Part shown: positions 26,601 to 39,176 of the stretch, piece by piece
Position numbering within the stretch: position 1 is the stretch's first letter
How the letters are laid out: every line of letters begins with the position of its first letter
Origin: Podarcis pityusensis
Lineage: Eukaryota
Assembly: GCA_964106645.2 (NCBI GenBank)
Contig: OZ067049.1
Reading direction: 5' to 3' (one strand)
Length of the DNA: 64,000 nt
Made by a program: the position numbers and the translations under genes
Notes under the pieces: model-generated
The model's input: only the letters and a program-made list of their open reading frames with translations
Told to the model about the DNA's origin: nothing
Database searches by the model: none

Positions 26601-29600
26601 TGGGCTATCAATTTACTAAATAAATAAATAAATTCTGTCTCTCTTTCCCCCTCCTGCCACCATTCATTCTTCCCTGCAGGATATATATTCTGCTCCTGGT
26701 CCAAACACACGCAATTGCAAAGCTTCACATGCAATTAAAGCCTTCAAACATAAGATTTCCATACCAGTATTGGGGAGAAATTTAAAAATAGGAACCATAC
26801 AGAGAAAACTCTGTTGCCCTGTTTAGCATCAGTGAAACGTTGAAGTCAGAAAGCTTTGTGAGAAAATATATTCTGTACATGAAAATCAATATCTCTTACC
26901 ATAGCTGCTGCTGCTTTTTTTTGTTCTCTTACAATTTTGTCTCATGCCATTTTTGTATGAATTCAAGCAGCCTGCAGTTTTGCCTAATTTCCAGTTGTGA
27001 AATAACTGCGCCTAATTCAGATTTTACAGAAATTGTCCCTTGAACTTTTCCTTTGTAATCTTTCCCCCCACCCCCGCCCTGCGAGAACGGTCTTGTGATT
27101 GAACGTTCTAAATGCCACCACTGAGAATGGAACAGCCCCCCCCCCGAAAAACCATTGCATCATGCAAGCTGCAAATATATTTTGTAGAATGCTGTCCAGC
27201 AAACGTGCAGTTCAAATCCTATCAGAATTATAAGATAACAATAAGGCAGTGCGGATGAAAGAAACGAGGCTTGTAAAGCGGTTTGTGAGCTTAAAACACT
27301 ATAGAAACGAATAATCGTGATAATAAATTTTGAGTTTCCTAATTGCAGAAAAATAGCTACGTTAGTCTGCAAGAGCAGAAAATCCAGAAAGTGCTCTGGC
27401 GCCACAGAGGCTTCAGGCAGGAGCTTTTAAGGCGAGACAGAGCTTAATTCATCAGTTGTATGTAAAGGACTAAAGAAGGTAGTGGATTTATATACTCGTG
27501 GATCGGGGCTGTAGTCAAGAAACCAACCAAGTTACCAGGGCAAAAGTAGTAACTGCCAGTATTTTCTTCTACTTTTGTGCATGTGGTTAATTCCTTCTTT
27601 CGTATGGCCTTAATATACATTTCAGTGAGAAGAAAATGCACATTTCTACTGCTCCTTGCCGTAAATCACCTTAGACAGGTAAGGAGGGACGAATACTGAA
27701 AACTGGATTGTCAAGTGGAGACTCGAGGTCTTTTGAAGTGTTCTGAGCAGGAAGCTGCAGAGCCGCCTTAATTATAAAGCGAGCGGCTGAAGGAGGATGT
27801 ATAGGGAGGGCTTTTCTCTCCAGCTTTTTCTTTTGGGGGAAGGAGCAAAGAGGAGCAGATCCCTACAGGTGTTACCATTAAGAGCCCTTACTATCAATGC
27901 CATAAGACTGTTAAGAGAAAAGTCCATTTTCTCAAAAAGCAGGCTGGAAAATACTTTATTTTTCCCTCCATCAAGGCTGTTGCAAATCTTCCCTGTTGTT
28001 ATTGACATGGAAATTGCACTGTGATCAATGCTGTTAAAGCATGTGGGGCTGCGAGCAGGATTCACTTTGCTCTTATTTGTTTAATTTGGACCTTTAAATC
28101 TGTGCTAGGCAGATAAACTTTCCATTCCCCTTTCCTCTGGACATCAGCAGGAATAAATTCAGCACCAAGCCAGGAAAAAGCAATCAGAGACCTACCGTAT
28201 CAGCCAAGAAGAAAACTCTTTAGCAACTGAAAGCGGTGGTTCTTTTGATCCTTTGCCTGGCAATTCAGAACTTTAATAAAGAATACTAATGGTGATGATT
28301 TTGTTTCTCCAGAAGTATCGAGCCACGCAGTCCAGCCCAAGTTAAGCCTTTTGATTTCAGTGGCACTGATAAGCATTTGCTTAAATCACTCCTGTTGAGA
28401 GCAAAGGAATAAGTGCTTTCATTTGAATCGTAACCCATTTTTCTTAAGATGTAACTGAACTATCGGATTGGTTCGTTACTAGATTAGAATGAAATTAGCT
28501 GTTTGCAAAAATAAAAAGTCTTGAAACGTTAGCCTCCTCTCCACAATCCAGTTTGAACGGAAGTGCTTAAATCTGATTTAGGTTGCTATCCTAAACCCAC
28601 AGAAGTTGTTTTGCTGAAAAGACTGGGTCTAGAATGTGGGCTCCGAATTGAGACGACAGTTTGGCAGGCTTCTGCAGGACTGCTAAATGTTTTAGAATGA
28701 ACTTTCTTTTTACCCAATGTTCAGGCTGTTTAGCAGGTCAGCGGCCAAATACTGTGCCATCACTGACTTGCAGATCAGAGTGTTAGCAATAGGAAAATGC
28801 ACAGCGACTCTTTACAGGTGTGCCGGGAAAGGGATGGCCTTGCAGATTACAACCAAGTGCCAGCCCACAAATCTGACTGACTGCCCCAAATATAATCATC
28901 AAAGTGGCAGGCCCAGTGAGCTAAGCTCCCAGAGGGAGTTGCTTCTTGCATTCGGAATGTGACTAATCATGGTAAAGGGAATACGGGACAGGCCACGGCA
29001 CGGTGCTCTGGATGCAGAAGATCTCTGGTCCAGTTCCTGGCCCCTGAGGTTAGGGCTCAGAGAAGGAATCTCTGTTGCCAGTCAGTGTATTGAGCTGCCT
29101 CCTGTATTCATAAATGTTATTTATTTTCAAGATTTATAGCCCACCTTTTTATAAAACCCCCAAGGCAGTTTACAATCCAGATTTTGCATTCTATTAACAC
29201 GCAACAAAAACTATCAGTAAATAGTCACAAAAATGAAAAAGGGAACAAGAGCATAAAAATACATTACAGGTAAGACTCTGCAAGACCTTGCTGAAATAAA
29301 AATCTTCACCACCTGCCCAGCTCCAAGCAGTGACGGGGTTGGGGAGTTCCCCCTTGGGACACTGTTTGAAATCTTGGGGTGACACACCCAAAAAACTATT
29401 GCATGAAACCAGCTACAGGGTTCTAGTCACCCCAGTGAAATATTTAGGAACAGGGCTTTAGTCACTATTTCATAAACTTGTTTTATGGAAATAATTGGGT
29501 AGGCGAAATTTATCTTAACTTTCAAAAAATGTTGATGTGCATTCATTTTTGCTTTAGTTCTTTTTTTTAAAAAAAAGAGTATCACAAAAGCTCCCTTTTC

Positions 29601-30793
29601 CTTTTCGCAAGTTTGGAACCAAAGGCCCATTTATGACAGCAAAGGGAATTTTCAAAACTAAGTAAATAAAATGTTCCTAGCAGGTATAAGGGCACATATC
29701 TAGTGGGTCACCCTAAGGTTGGTTATAGATTCAGGAAGTAGTGCATTCCCTGTCCTCTTTTCTCTCTCTCTCTCTCATACACAACACAACACAACACAAC
29801 ACAACAGAGCTCAAACTTGCAGAAATAGCGTCAGTCGATGATTTGGATCAAAACTTGCATTTATCTTGCAAGTGCCATAAACGATAAATCTATGGGATAG
29901 TATGAGAAAGTTTTAGAAATATTTAACCATCCTTTTTTCTTGTATGATTCTTTTTCATTTCTGAGGTTAATGCAAATCTCTAACAAACACGTTTATCTGA
30001 TTTAGAGAAACGTTTTTCTGACTGTTGTTTTTTATTGACATGTTAGGTAGGTAATGACACCATCGATTATAGCTCTTTTAAAGCCTAACTGCTGGACTAC
30101 GGAGTGAAATATATAAAAGGCTTGCATTTGGTTCAGCGTAGCTTCCTGGCTTTAACAAAGGAAAAGCTTGCCATGTTTGATTTATATCCTCAAATGGATG
30201 CAACAATGCACGCATATGATTACCCTACATATGATTACTCATACAGAAAATCTGGTAGTAAGCTCCCCTATGTGCAATGGGGCTTACTCCCAAGTAACTG
30301 TATAGGACAGCAGCTTTAATGTCTGTTTGGTTACTGCGTAATTCTTCCTCTCCTTTTAAAGCACATCAAATATACGTAGATAAAATCTGTCATTTAATAC
30401 ATATTGTTGCATGTAGGTTGCTTCCCCTCCCTATACATTTTAATTACAAATGCTTTGTCAAAACACAAAGGCTTTTAGTGTTTTATGAAGAAATGAATAT
30501 AGAATTAAAATCGCTTCATAATTATACAAACGTTTCTAATTTAAATGGTAAGCATTTGGGAGGGGGTAGGGCTGAAGAGATTAAAATACTTTGGATTAAT
30601 TATTCCTGATAGACTCATATGCTCTTATTAACATTGTTTCCCTAACTACATTTACTTAGAAGTAAGTTTCATGTGATTTTCCGAAAAGCTTCTTAAGAAC
30701 AGGTTGGGATGAAATCTCACAGAAATACATCCTGATAGCGCTTAGTGAAAAAAAATTATTTATTAAATTTTTATACTTTCCTTCAAAGGACCA

Positions 30794-31988
30794 TGTCAGG
30801 GAACTGCCATCGGAGCTAGAGGCGGAGGGAAGGCTCCAAAGGGATGCAGGAGAGGGTCCCAGTAGGGAGAGAGGCAGCCCATCTGCTGGGGAAGGAAATC
30901 AGCGTAACACCAGTGGAGAAGGGGGGCAGGTGGGGGAATCGGGGAGGAGGCTCCAAGACTCTTCACTGGAGACCAGCATGAAGATACATCCGGTGTTCCA
31001 TAGGTCCCTACTCTCACCGTACAGGGAGGGGCGGGAATTCCCGGGGCGGGAGGGAGGAGTCACCGCCCACCCGCGGGTAGAGGAGAGGGAACTCCACCAC
31101 CAAGCCACGGAAATACTCGATTCTAGGTGGTGAGGGCGCCAGGTGGAGTACTTAGTGGCTTGGGAAGGAGAACCCGAGTCAGAAAACACTTGGGTCCCTG
31201 CTGAGGCGGTCAGTGATGGGTATCTAGTGGAAGAATTCCACAGCCTGTTCCCAGACAAACCAAAACCACTAGCGAGATTCTGGGAGGAAGAGTTTGGAAC
31301 CACAGACGACAAGGAGGAATTTGTGGGTTTTCCTGCCTCTGAAGAGGAAGGAGGGGAAATGTCAGAGGGAGAAGAATCAGACTGGGAGGCCCACCCCGCG
31401 GCAAGATATCGGAGCGGGTGGGAAGCGGTTTTGAATCCTCAGAGGAGAGCGACAGCTCCTTCAGGGGCTTCCCCGCATAGTCGGCCGAGGAAAGGGACGA
31501 GGTTGGATCTGAAGGTCGGGCCGGGGGCGGAGGGGGTCCTGGGGGGGAGGTGGATGTCAGGGAACTGCCATCGGAGCTAAAGGCGGAGGGAAGGCTCCAA
31601 AGGGATGCAGGAGAGGCTCCCAGTAGGGAGAGAGGCAGCCCATCTGCTGGGGAAGGAAATCAGCGTAACACCAGTGGAGAAGGGGGGCAGGTGGGGGAAT
31701 CGGGGAGGAGGCTCCAAGACTCTTCACTGGAGACCAGCGGAGAGAGTACGGGTACTCCGCTGCCCACACCCTCCCTGCGCAGAAGACTTCTGCGCAGGGA
31801 GAGTAGGAGGAGACTTGGCGTCAAACAACTTTTATGCTGGAAAAGGTTTAAGAAACGCCCACTGACGGATTCTGCCAGCGACTGAGACAGTCACGATGCT
31901 GGAGGCTGCTCAGTCAGAAAGGGTTAACCAGGTAACCTAGCCAGGAGTGGCGGCAACTTACGCACGAGCAACCCCTAAACCCATTACA
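30794..31988 (+). mobile_element. Gypsy/Ty3 chromovirus-type LTR retrotransposon, internally deleted
   Basis: TG...CA termini; 5-bp TSD GACCA (30789-93, 31989-93). Partial 5' LTR 30794-30977, full 3' LTR 31555-31988 preceded by a G-rich PPT. Internal integrase C-terminal motif KIHPVFHRSLL and chromodomain (EILDSRW*GRQVEYLVAWEGEPESENTWVP). Confidence 0.93.
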
Positions 31989-32214
31989 GACCATGAGGTG
32001 GTTTGCAACATAAAACACAAATGTCAATGTATTACATAATATACAATATAAAAATCAAAACAGTTCTGTAAATATAAGTATAATAATAAGAAATAGATTA
32101 CTGTTGTTGTTGATTTCTATACTGTCTTTCATCTGAGGATCACAGGATGGTTTGCAAGAACATTTTAACAAACAAAACCAATAACCCCTCACCCACCCAG
32201 TTTGAAAGGCCATA

Positions 32215-32899
32215 GATTGTTTAATTAGCCAAAGGCCTGGGAGAAGAGAAATGTTTTTGCCTGGTGCCTAAAGATAGGAATGAAGGCATCAGGCGAGCTT
32301 CTCTGGGGAGAGCATTCCACAAATGGGGAGCCACTGCAGAAAATGCCTGTTTTTGTGTTGCTGCCCTCCAGGCCTTTTGTGGAGGAGGCACATGAAGAAG
32401 GGCCTCAGATAATGATCACAGGATCTGGGTCGGTTCATATGGGGAGAGGCAGTCCTTGAGGTATTGTGGTCCTGAGTCGTTTTAAGCTTTATAGGTCAAA
32501 ACCAGCACTTTGATTTAGGCCCAAAAACTCATTGGCAGCCAGTGCAGTTGTACAGTGGTACCTCAGGTTACAGATGCTTCAGGTTACCCAGGTTACAGAC
32601 TCCGCTAACCCAGAAATAGTACCTCAGGTTAAGAACTTTGCTTCAGGATGAGAACAGAAATCGGGAGGCCCCATTAGCTAAAGTGGTACCTCAGGTTAAG
32701 AACTGACCTCCGGAACGAATTAAGTTCTTAACCCGAGGTACCACTGTATCAGGATCGGTGTGATATGCTTCAATTGTCTAGCCCCCGGTGAGCAACCTAG
32801 CCTCCGAATCCTGCACCAGCTGAAGTTTCTGAACCATCTTCAGAGGCAGTCCCACATATAACGTGTTGCAGTAATCTAACCCAGAGGTTACCAGAGCAT
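32215..32899 (-). mobile_element. L2 LINE 3' fragment
   Basis: The - strand encodes ALVTSGLDYCNTLYVGLPLKMVQKLQLVQDSEARLLTG (L2 ORF2 LDYCN motif); interrupted by a MITE. Confidence 0.85.
32553..32746. mobile_element. Tc1/mariner-pogo (Tigger-like) MITE nested in L2
   Basis: TIR CAGTGGTACCTC(A/G)GGTTA with TA TSD on both sides. Confidence 0.88.
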
Positions 32900-34010
32900 A
32901 CTCATAACAGCAACAGCAGAAACAGAAAAGAAAATCAGCAGTGTGTCTGAAATAAAAAAGCAGTACACACATACAGAACCTTCTCTCTATCCAAAGTAGT
33001 GGCCCACAACTGGGATATTTCCTTTCCTCTCCCAGTATCTCACCTCGGGAGATCTTCACTTCCCTGCCTTCCACCATCTCTCTCCCACGTTCATGTGGGT
33101 TTGATTCTTGGCCACCAGTGGCATCCCAGAAGGGGAAACACCAGAGTCCTTGTGGTATCTTCTGCTCGAGGGAACTCCCACTGGAATTGGCCCCTCCAGC
33201 AGTGAATTGGAGATGGTGACCTTAGTAACCTTTGCTCCACAACTAGTCCAGGCTGTGGTTGAAATTCACACCACTCTTTTTCTAGTGTACGATGTCTATA
33301 TTGAGCACCCTGATCACTGGAGCACATAGGAAACAATGGGTTTATTACATTTATTCATGGAATTCGAGGCAAGTGTCCACAGGAGCTCCTAAGCAGTTCC
33401 GTCCATTCAGGCTATGGATAGACCTGCTTTAGTGAAGTTGCTCCATCATGTGACTGGGGTGGCCAACCTGTGGCCCTCCAGATTTCATTACATTCCAACT
33501 CCCATCAACCCCAGCCTGTGTAGACTATACTACTGCACTCCCAGCAACATCTGCAGAGCCTCAGGTTGCCCCCCATGCTTTAGACTATGCCCTAGTCCCC
33601 CAAGAGAAGCTACATTGCAGTTATTTCCTGCATTTCTCCCCAAGAGTTTTCTGTGTGTTGCCCGCATAGTTTTTCAGCAAAGTAGTGCTCAGGACCAGAC
33701 CAGCTTAGTTCTAGCAGGGCATAAAACACTTCCTCTGGGTAACAAGGGCTTAGCGTCTCTGCAATAGAGATGCAAAGGAAAATGAATAGCAAAAGGATTT
33801 TGAATGTCATGGTTTTTAGCCCATCTTCCTTTCGTTTCTGACCCCATCCTGTCTCAGCTAAACTAATTGCTCTAGGTCAGTAAAATGTTTACATGAAATC
33901 CCTTCAATCTCCTTTCAGCTTTCGGTTTATGCTCTATACCACATTTGAGCTCATTAATCCTTGCCACTCAGCTGAGTCATCCATCATCTTTTGATCTTCT
34001 GTTAGGCCAC

Positions 34011-34013
<3 letters not shown>

Positions 34014-34061
<48 letters not shown>
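34014..34061. repeat. (GA)n microsatellite
   Basis: About 24 perfect units. Confidence 0.98.
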
Positions 34062-34064
<3 letters not shown>

Positions 34065-34286
34065 AAGCTGCAGTGGTTTTAGCATGTCCCAGAGCCAAAC
34101 AAAGTTGTGTGTCACTTGCTGCCCCTTTATGTTTTGCCTGTCTTAAACCTCATCATTTCATTTTCTCTTCTGCTCCTCCCTTACTGCACCACGTGAGTGA
34201 ACAACAATGGATATTTTATTTCATTGTCTTTCATGTGCAAAGCAGTGGCTTTGTCAACATCCACATGAGAATTCTGTCTTTGATAG

Positions 34287-34412
34287 GTTCCAACGGCGAG
34301 CGTGACCATCGAAGGAGCTTCTGCCCTCAATCGTGTCCGTTGGGGCCAAGCTGGGAAAGAAGTGGCCGTTGGGGACTCCGAAGGAAGGATCTGGATCTAT
34401 GATGTTGGAGAG
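34287..34412 (+). CDS. DYNC1I1: DYNC1I1 penultimate coding exon (exon 16 equivalent)
   Basis: AG at 34285-86, GT at 34413. 126 bp encoding [42 protein letters not shown], in frame with the previous exon. Not shown in this frame in the ORF track. Confidence 0.97.
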
Positions 34413-35905
34413 GTACTTGTCTTTCTTCATAGATGCTCTGCATTCTTGCCATTTTTCTTGCAGCTTTGTAAATAAACATTTCACACTGGAGTAAGAAACA
34501 CTTACCCATTTCATTGGCACAATGTGTTGATTCAAGCTGAAATCCAGCCACTTTCAAATCAGGGAGTTTTGCCATGGGTTTCAATTCATGGATATTTTAA
34601 CCACACATTTAAATTTTATATATGACATTTTTTAAAAAAGTCTATCCCACCCACTTTTATGAGTAATGAGTTGAATTCTGAGACATGGCCACATAGCAAT
34701 GTTAATCTTCTGTACTGATGGCTTCATTATTACAAAAGTAGGGTCAACTAACCTGTCTAATGCTAGTCTAGTTATTTATTTATTCAGATTTCTAAGGGTA
34801 TGGAGTAGCCATGTTTAATGCAAAATACAGTAACAGCAAAGTTCATGATGCATATGGACACAATTGTGGCAATCCGGGGCTGGTTATGCATTGTTTTAAT
34901 ATACACAAAATGTGACTTGTAAAATGAGAAAATAAAAATAAAACTTAATCATCATAATAAAAAGAAAATGCATGCACAGTGGGTTTGTTAAAATTTATCT
35001 ATACCCTGATCCATCTCCCACATGTATAACCCCAGCTGGATGGAGAATCAAGGATGCAAGCAAGTGTTGCATCTTTCAGGCTAATCGGCTGTTTGGAAGG
35101 CACAGCTGTATGGATTTTGTGCCTCTCTCACCAAGCAGCTGATCATCGTGATGGCAGCTTATTTAACAAGCTGTGTTGGGTCAGGCTCTCTGTAAGTTGT
35201 ACCAAAATGCCAAGAGACAGACACTGAAAGCAAATTATGGTAAGGGCTGTTTCAAGTCATCTAAGATTCTAATTAGTTCTTTTATATATCAGGTGCTCTT
35301 TGATAAATGCATTCTTACCTATTCTGAGCCTTCAGAATAGGATTGACTAGAATTTAAATTCATTATATACATTGGGGCTTTGGAGGAAGTTGGTCAGCCC
35401 CAGGACTGCGTAGAGTGGAGAAGGCAAATTTTTAACTCTCTGCTGGCCACAATCTCCCCTTTCTGCCCACAATAAACTCACACTCCAAAGGGAAGTTCAC
35501 ACATTCGTTCAATTAATGTGCACTCTAATTTGTACCAACACTTTGAAAATAAGTTTCTTAAGTGTCTGGCAAGAAAGACCATGATAATATCTGCGGCCAT
35601 CTCAACAAGGTTGTTAATTTTTATCAGTAAATTAATTGGTTAATGCTGAAGTTACATTACTTTAAGTTTACTTTTACTTGTGCCGAAGATTTTTGTTTCA
35701 GAGATGATGCTTTGTTTCGTTATGCTTTTGTTATCTTGACGATTGGTCCAATTTTAGACTGGTTAGTTTCATAGAATTGCTTAAAATGGGGCCTTGGGGT
35801 CAGGAACTATTGCACAGTATTGGTAGTGTGGTGGATTTGCAATTACATGGTGGGTAGATATCCGAGCACACCTGTGCACATATGACAGAACACGACCAAG
35901 GAATC

Positions 35906-35967
35906 GTGTTTAAAAAAATCTACCATTTTATTTTCTTGTGTTAAAAAAATCTAACATTTTATTTTCT
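35906..35967. repeat. Local ~31-bp tandem duplication
   Basis: gtgtt(t)aaaaaaatcta(c/a)cattttattttct twice in tandem. Confidence 0.85.
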
Positions 35968-36265
35968 CTCTTGCCTTTTTTACTGTAAAGAAAGAAAGCA
36001 CCATGCTAATAAATACATACTATTGTATTTACAGCTACTAGGATTTCAATTCTTAAAAAAGACTGTGAAAAGTCACTGGTATAGGCAGATTTCAAATGCT
36101 AAGGATTTCTTTCATAGCATTTGGTGCTTTCTGAACATTCAAGCATTTTCATGTATTGTTCTCTCAGCAACCCTTCATTACTATAACCCTGCAGGGAAGG
36201 TCAGCATCTGCCATTCCCAAATTGCTTATGAAAGCTGCGACTGGAAGGGAAGGGTTTCCCTAAGG

Positions 36266-36455
36266 CAGGCATGTCCAAAGTCCGCTTCGGGGGCCTAATC
36301 CGGCCTGCCGGTTGGTTTAATCTGTGGCAGTTTAAACCTCAACAACTTCAATCCTTAAAAAAAGGTCAACAACTTTGGTGAGCCCTTTGGACGGCCCTCA
36401 CGGCCCTTCACTTCATCAAATCTGGCCCTCTTTGGAAAAAGTTTGGACACCACTG
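36266..36455. mobile_element. hAT-type non-autonomous element
   Basis: Termini caggcatgtccaaag and gtttggacaccactg; ctaagg on both flanks. Confidence 0.65.
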
Positions 36456-36667
36456 CTAAGGTCACCTACTAGAGTTCATTGCAGGGACAAGATTTGTCCC
36501 AAGCCGTGCTTTTTTTCAAGAAAAATAGGTGCCAGAACTCACCACAAAGTTGTTACAGTAAGTCACTGGGCAACTCAGGGTAGCTCTGAACAGTTGCCGG
36601 TTTGACAACAGCTGCATTCACTGCCCACAAAAGTGCTAAAAGCTACAACGAGCTGTTTCCCTAGCTG

Positions 36668-37071
36668 TTTCCCAAGCACAATTCAAAGTGTTGGTGTTGA
36701 CCTTTAAAGCCCTAAACGACCTCGGCCCAGTACACCTGAAGGAGCGTCTCCACCCCAATTATTCTGCCCGGACACTGAGGTCCAGCTCCAAGGGCCTTCT
36801 GGCAGTTCCCTCACTGCGAGAAGCAAAACTACAGGGCACCAGGCAGAGGGCCTTCTCGGTAGTGGTGCCCACCCTGTGGAACGCCCTCCCATCAGATGTC
36901 AAAGAGATAAACAACTACCTGACATTTAGAAGACACCTGAAGGCAGCCCTGTTCAGGGAAGTTTTTAATGTTTGACATTTTGATGTATTTTCAAACTTTG
37001 TTGGAAGCTGCCCAGAGTGGCTGGGAAAACCCAGCCAGATGGGTGGGGTACAAATAAATTGTTGTTGTTGT
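36668..37071 (+). mobile_element. L2 LINE 3' end
   Basis: FKVLVLTFKALNDLGPVHLKERL...RAFSVVVPTLWNALP...FRRHLKAALF, then 3' UTR and (TTG)n tail. Confidence 0.88.
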
Positions 37072-38364
37072 TTGGGGTTGCCCCTGGTTCTGGGGCAGGT
37101 CAAAGAAGTGCGCCCCCACCTCCCTCGTTCCCTTGGCTAGGGCAGCTCAAAAGGGCCCTCGCACAAACACACACATGTGCAACGGGAGAGGCCTAGCTGG
37201 AAGCTCAAAGCCCACCGCCGACTTCTAGCTTCTGGGAGATCTGAGTCACCACCCTGTTAGAGGCAGCTCTGCAGCTTATTTTAGTTTTTGTTAGTATTTC
37301 AGTACTTTAAATGTTTTTGTTTTCAAAACAAGCCCACCGCCACGACATAGGAGATGGATTGAAGAAAAGGAGATATGAATTGGCCCCACCCCATAGCTTG
37401 ACCCGTTGTAGCTGGGAGCTGCGTGGAGTCATAGATCTAAACAAAAAAGTGTAGATTTGAACACGCTTGGCAGCTTCCGTTTTGACTTGGGCTTCTGTTT
37501 TGGGCTTCTCGGAAGTATGTAGAGTCGAGAAGCAGGTGAAGGGAGCGCCAGCCTGCCACAGTGCCCACCTGAGAGGTACTGGAACTGTGCTCCGGCATTC
37601 CCCGTCTGAAAAAACCCCACTGGTCCTAAGGCTTCCTGGCTTACAGCTCACTATCTTAGCTTACTGTGTTGCACTGGCTCTCAGGGGCATCTTTCATCTT
37701 GTCAACTTTCATGTAGACAAGAGAATGAATCAGTCCATGATACAGTTGTCTAAACGAGCACATGGGGTATTAATACAAAAAAATCTGAAATGGTGGGCTA
37801 GAAAGGAACAGTGGAAGCCTATAGGGGTGAAGAGTAGATGTAATGGAAATTAGCAGGCTGGATATAGTGTGTTGCAAGGCTGTTCTGAACTGCCCTCCCC
37901 CCCCGTACTAAAATCTGACTAAATTGATGTCAGTATGGTGTGTGCTTGATGGAATGTGCCTCTTTGTTGCTGAATGCAGCACAAAATGTAGCGTCTGCAT
38001 TACAATTCCTGGAACAGTCGAGGGGTGACTCGCAGAGCAATCAGCTTTTATAGACGGAATTTGTTTTTTGTCATTATCTGTGATAGGATACTGGGATCTC
38101 CATCTCCCCACAGTAGGGAAACATTATGTAGCACATACAGATTTAGCTTTAACTCACACAAAGTGATTTTTATGGCCCATAGCAAAATTACTTGCGCATG
38201 ACTCACATTTTTGGCTGGCTTGTGCTTTTGCGGGAGTCGCTCTTGCTCGCAAATGACTGCAGAAACATCTTGCTGTATCGTTACCATAATTGCTAAACTG
38301 TCTAAAGTCATTACACTCAAATTTCTGCTGCGGCACTGGCAGGACAGCATGTTTTATTTATTTA

Positions 38365-38398
<34 letters not shown>

Positions 38399-39176
38399 CT
38401 GTTTCTGAGTGATTTGACAGACGCTAGAAATACCTGCGTTGACAATATAGTCTGTTCTCGCCTATTGTCTGTAGTCTAGACAGGCTGTAAATATGTCTCT
38501 TTGACATATCATACAGCAAGATATTTGGAGTATTTTGTTCATCTCTTCCAGATTAGCCATCCATTTCTTGGCTTCCCTCCACCCCCACATCAGAAGCAGA
38601 ATGGACAATGATCCCAATCTAAAAAAACCAAAGAGGTAGTCCGTCAGGTGATTTAAAATTGCTTATATCATACATTGAGCTTAATATATCCTTCTTGGAG
38701 TAGGTGATTTGTGGAATGAATTCTGATGAGAGGCAGTCCACACGTTCTCCTTTCACTAGGGAAACCCAGAACCATTTATATTGGATCCCTGTTTCCCTTT
38801 CTTCAGTCTCAGCTATTCCATCTCTCCTTTGTGGATTGGATATATTTTCTGGTTGCATATCTACAAGCTGACCTGGAGGAGATGGAGAACCACATCTCCT
38901 GGATTGCTGGCAACTGCAACCTAAGTACCTCATTTCTAAGATGGGTGAGGGCTGAGAGATGAACAGGTGGCAACAGAAACAAAGGTGTTTGTCAACTTGT
39001 TGCTTAGCAGGGTTGGGGTGCAGAATGAATGCCTCATTCATTTCTTGTGGAACCCTACATATGTGCCCTAATGACATAATTCAAATGCATACTTGTTAGA
39101 AGAGAATGCACATTCTATGCAAACCAAGTTCATTAATTTACTCTTGCATGCTTTGGGATTCTGAAATTTTCTTCTT

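Noticed and set aside
31143-31580. Domesticated chromodomain or RTL-like host gene
   Set aside because: Sits within young LTRs with TSD, has an in-frame stop at the chromodomain start, and shows no splice structure.
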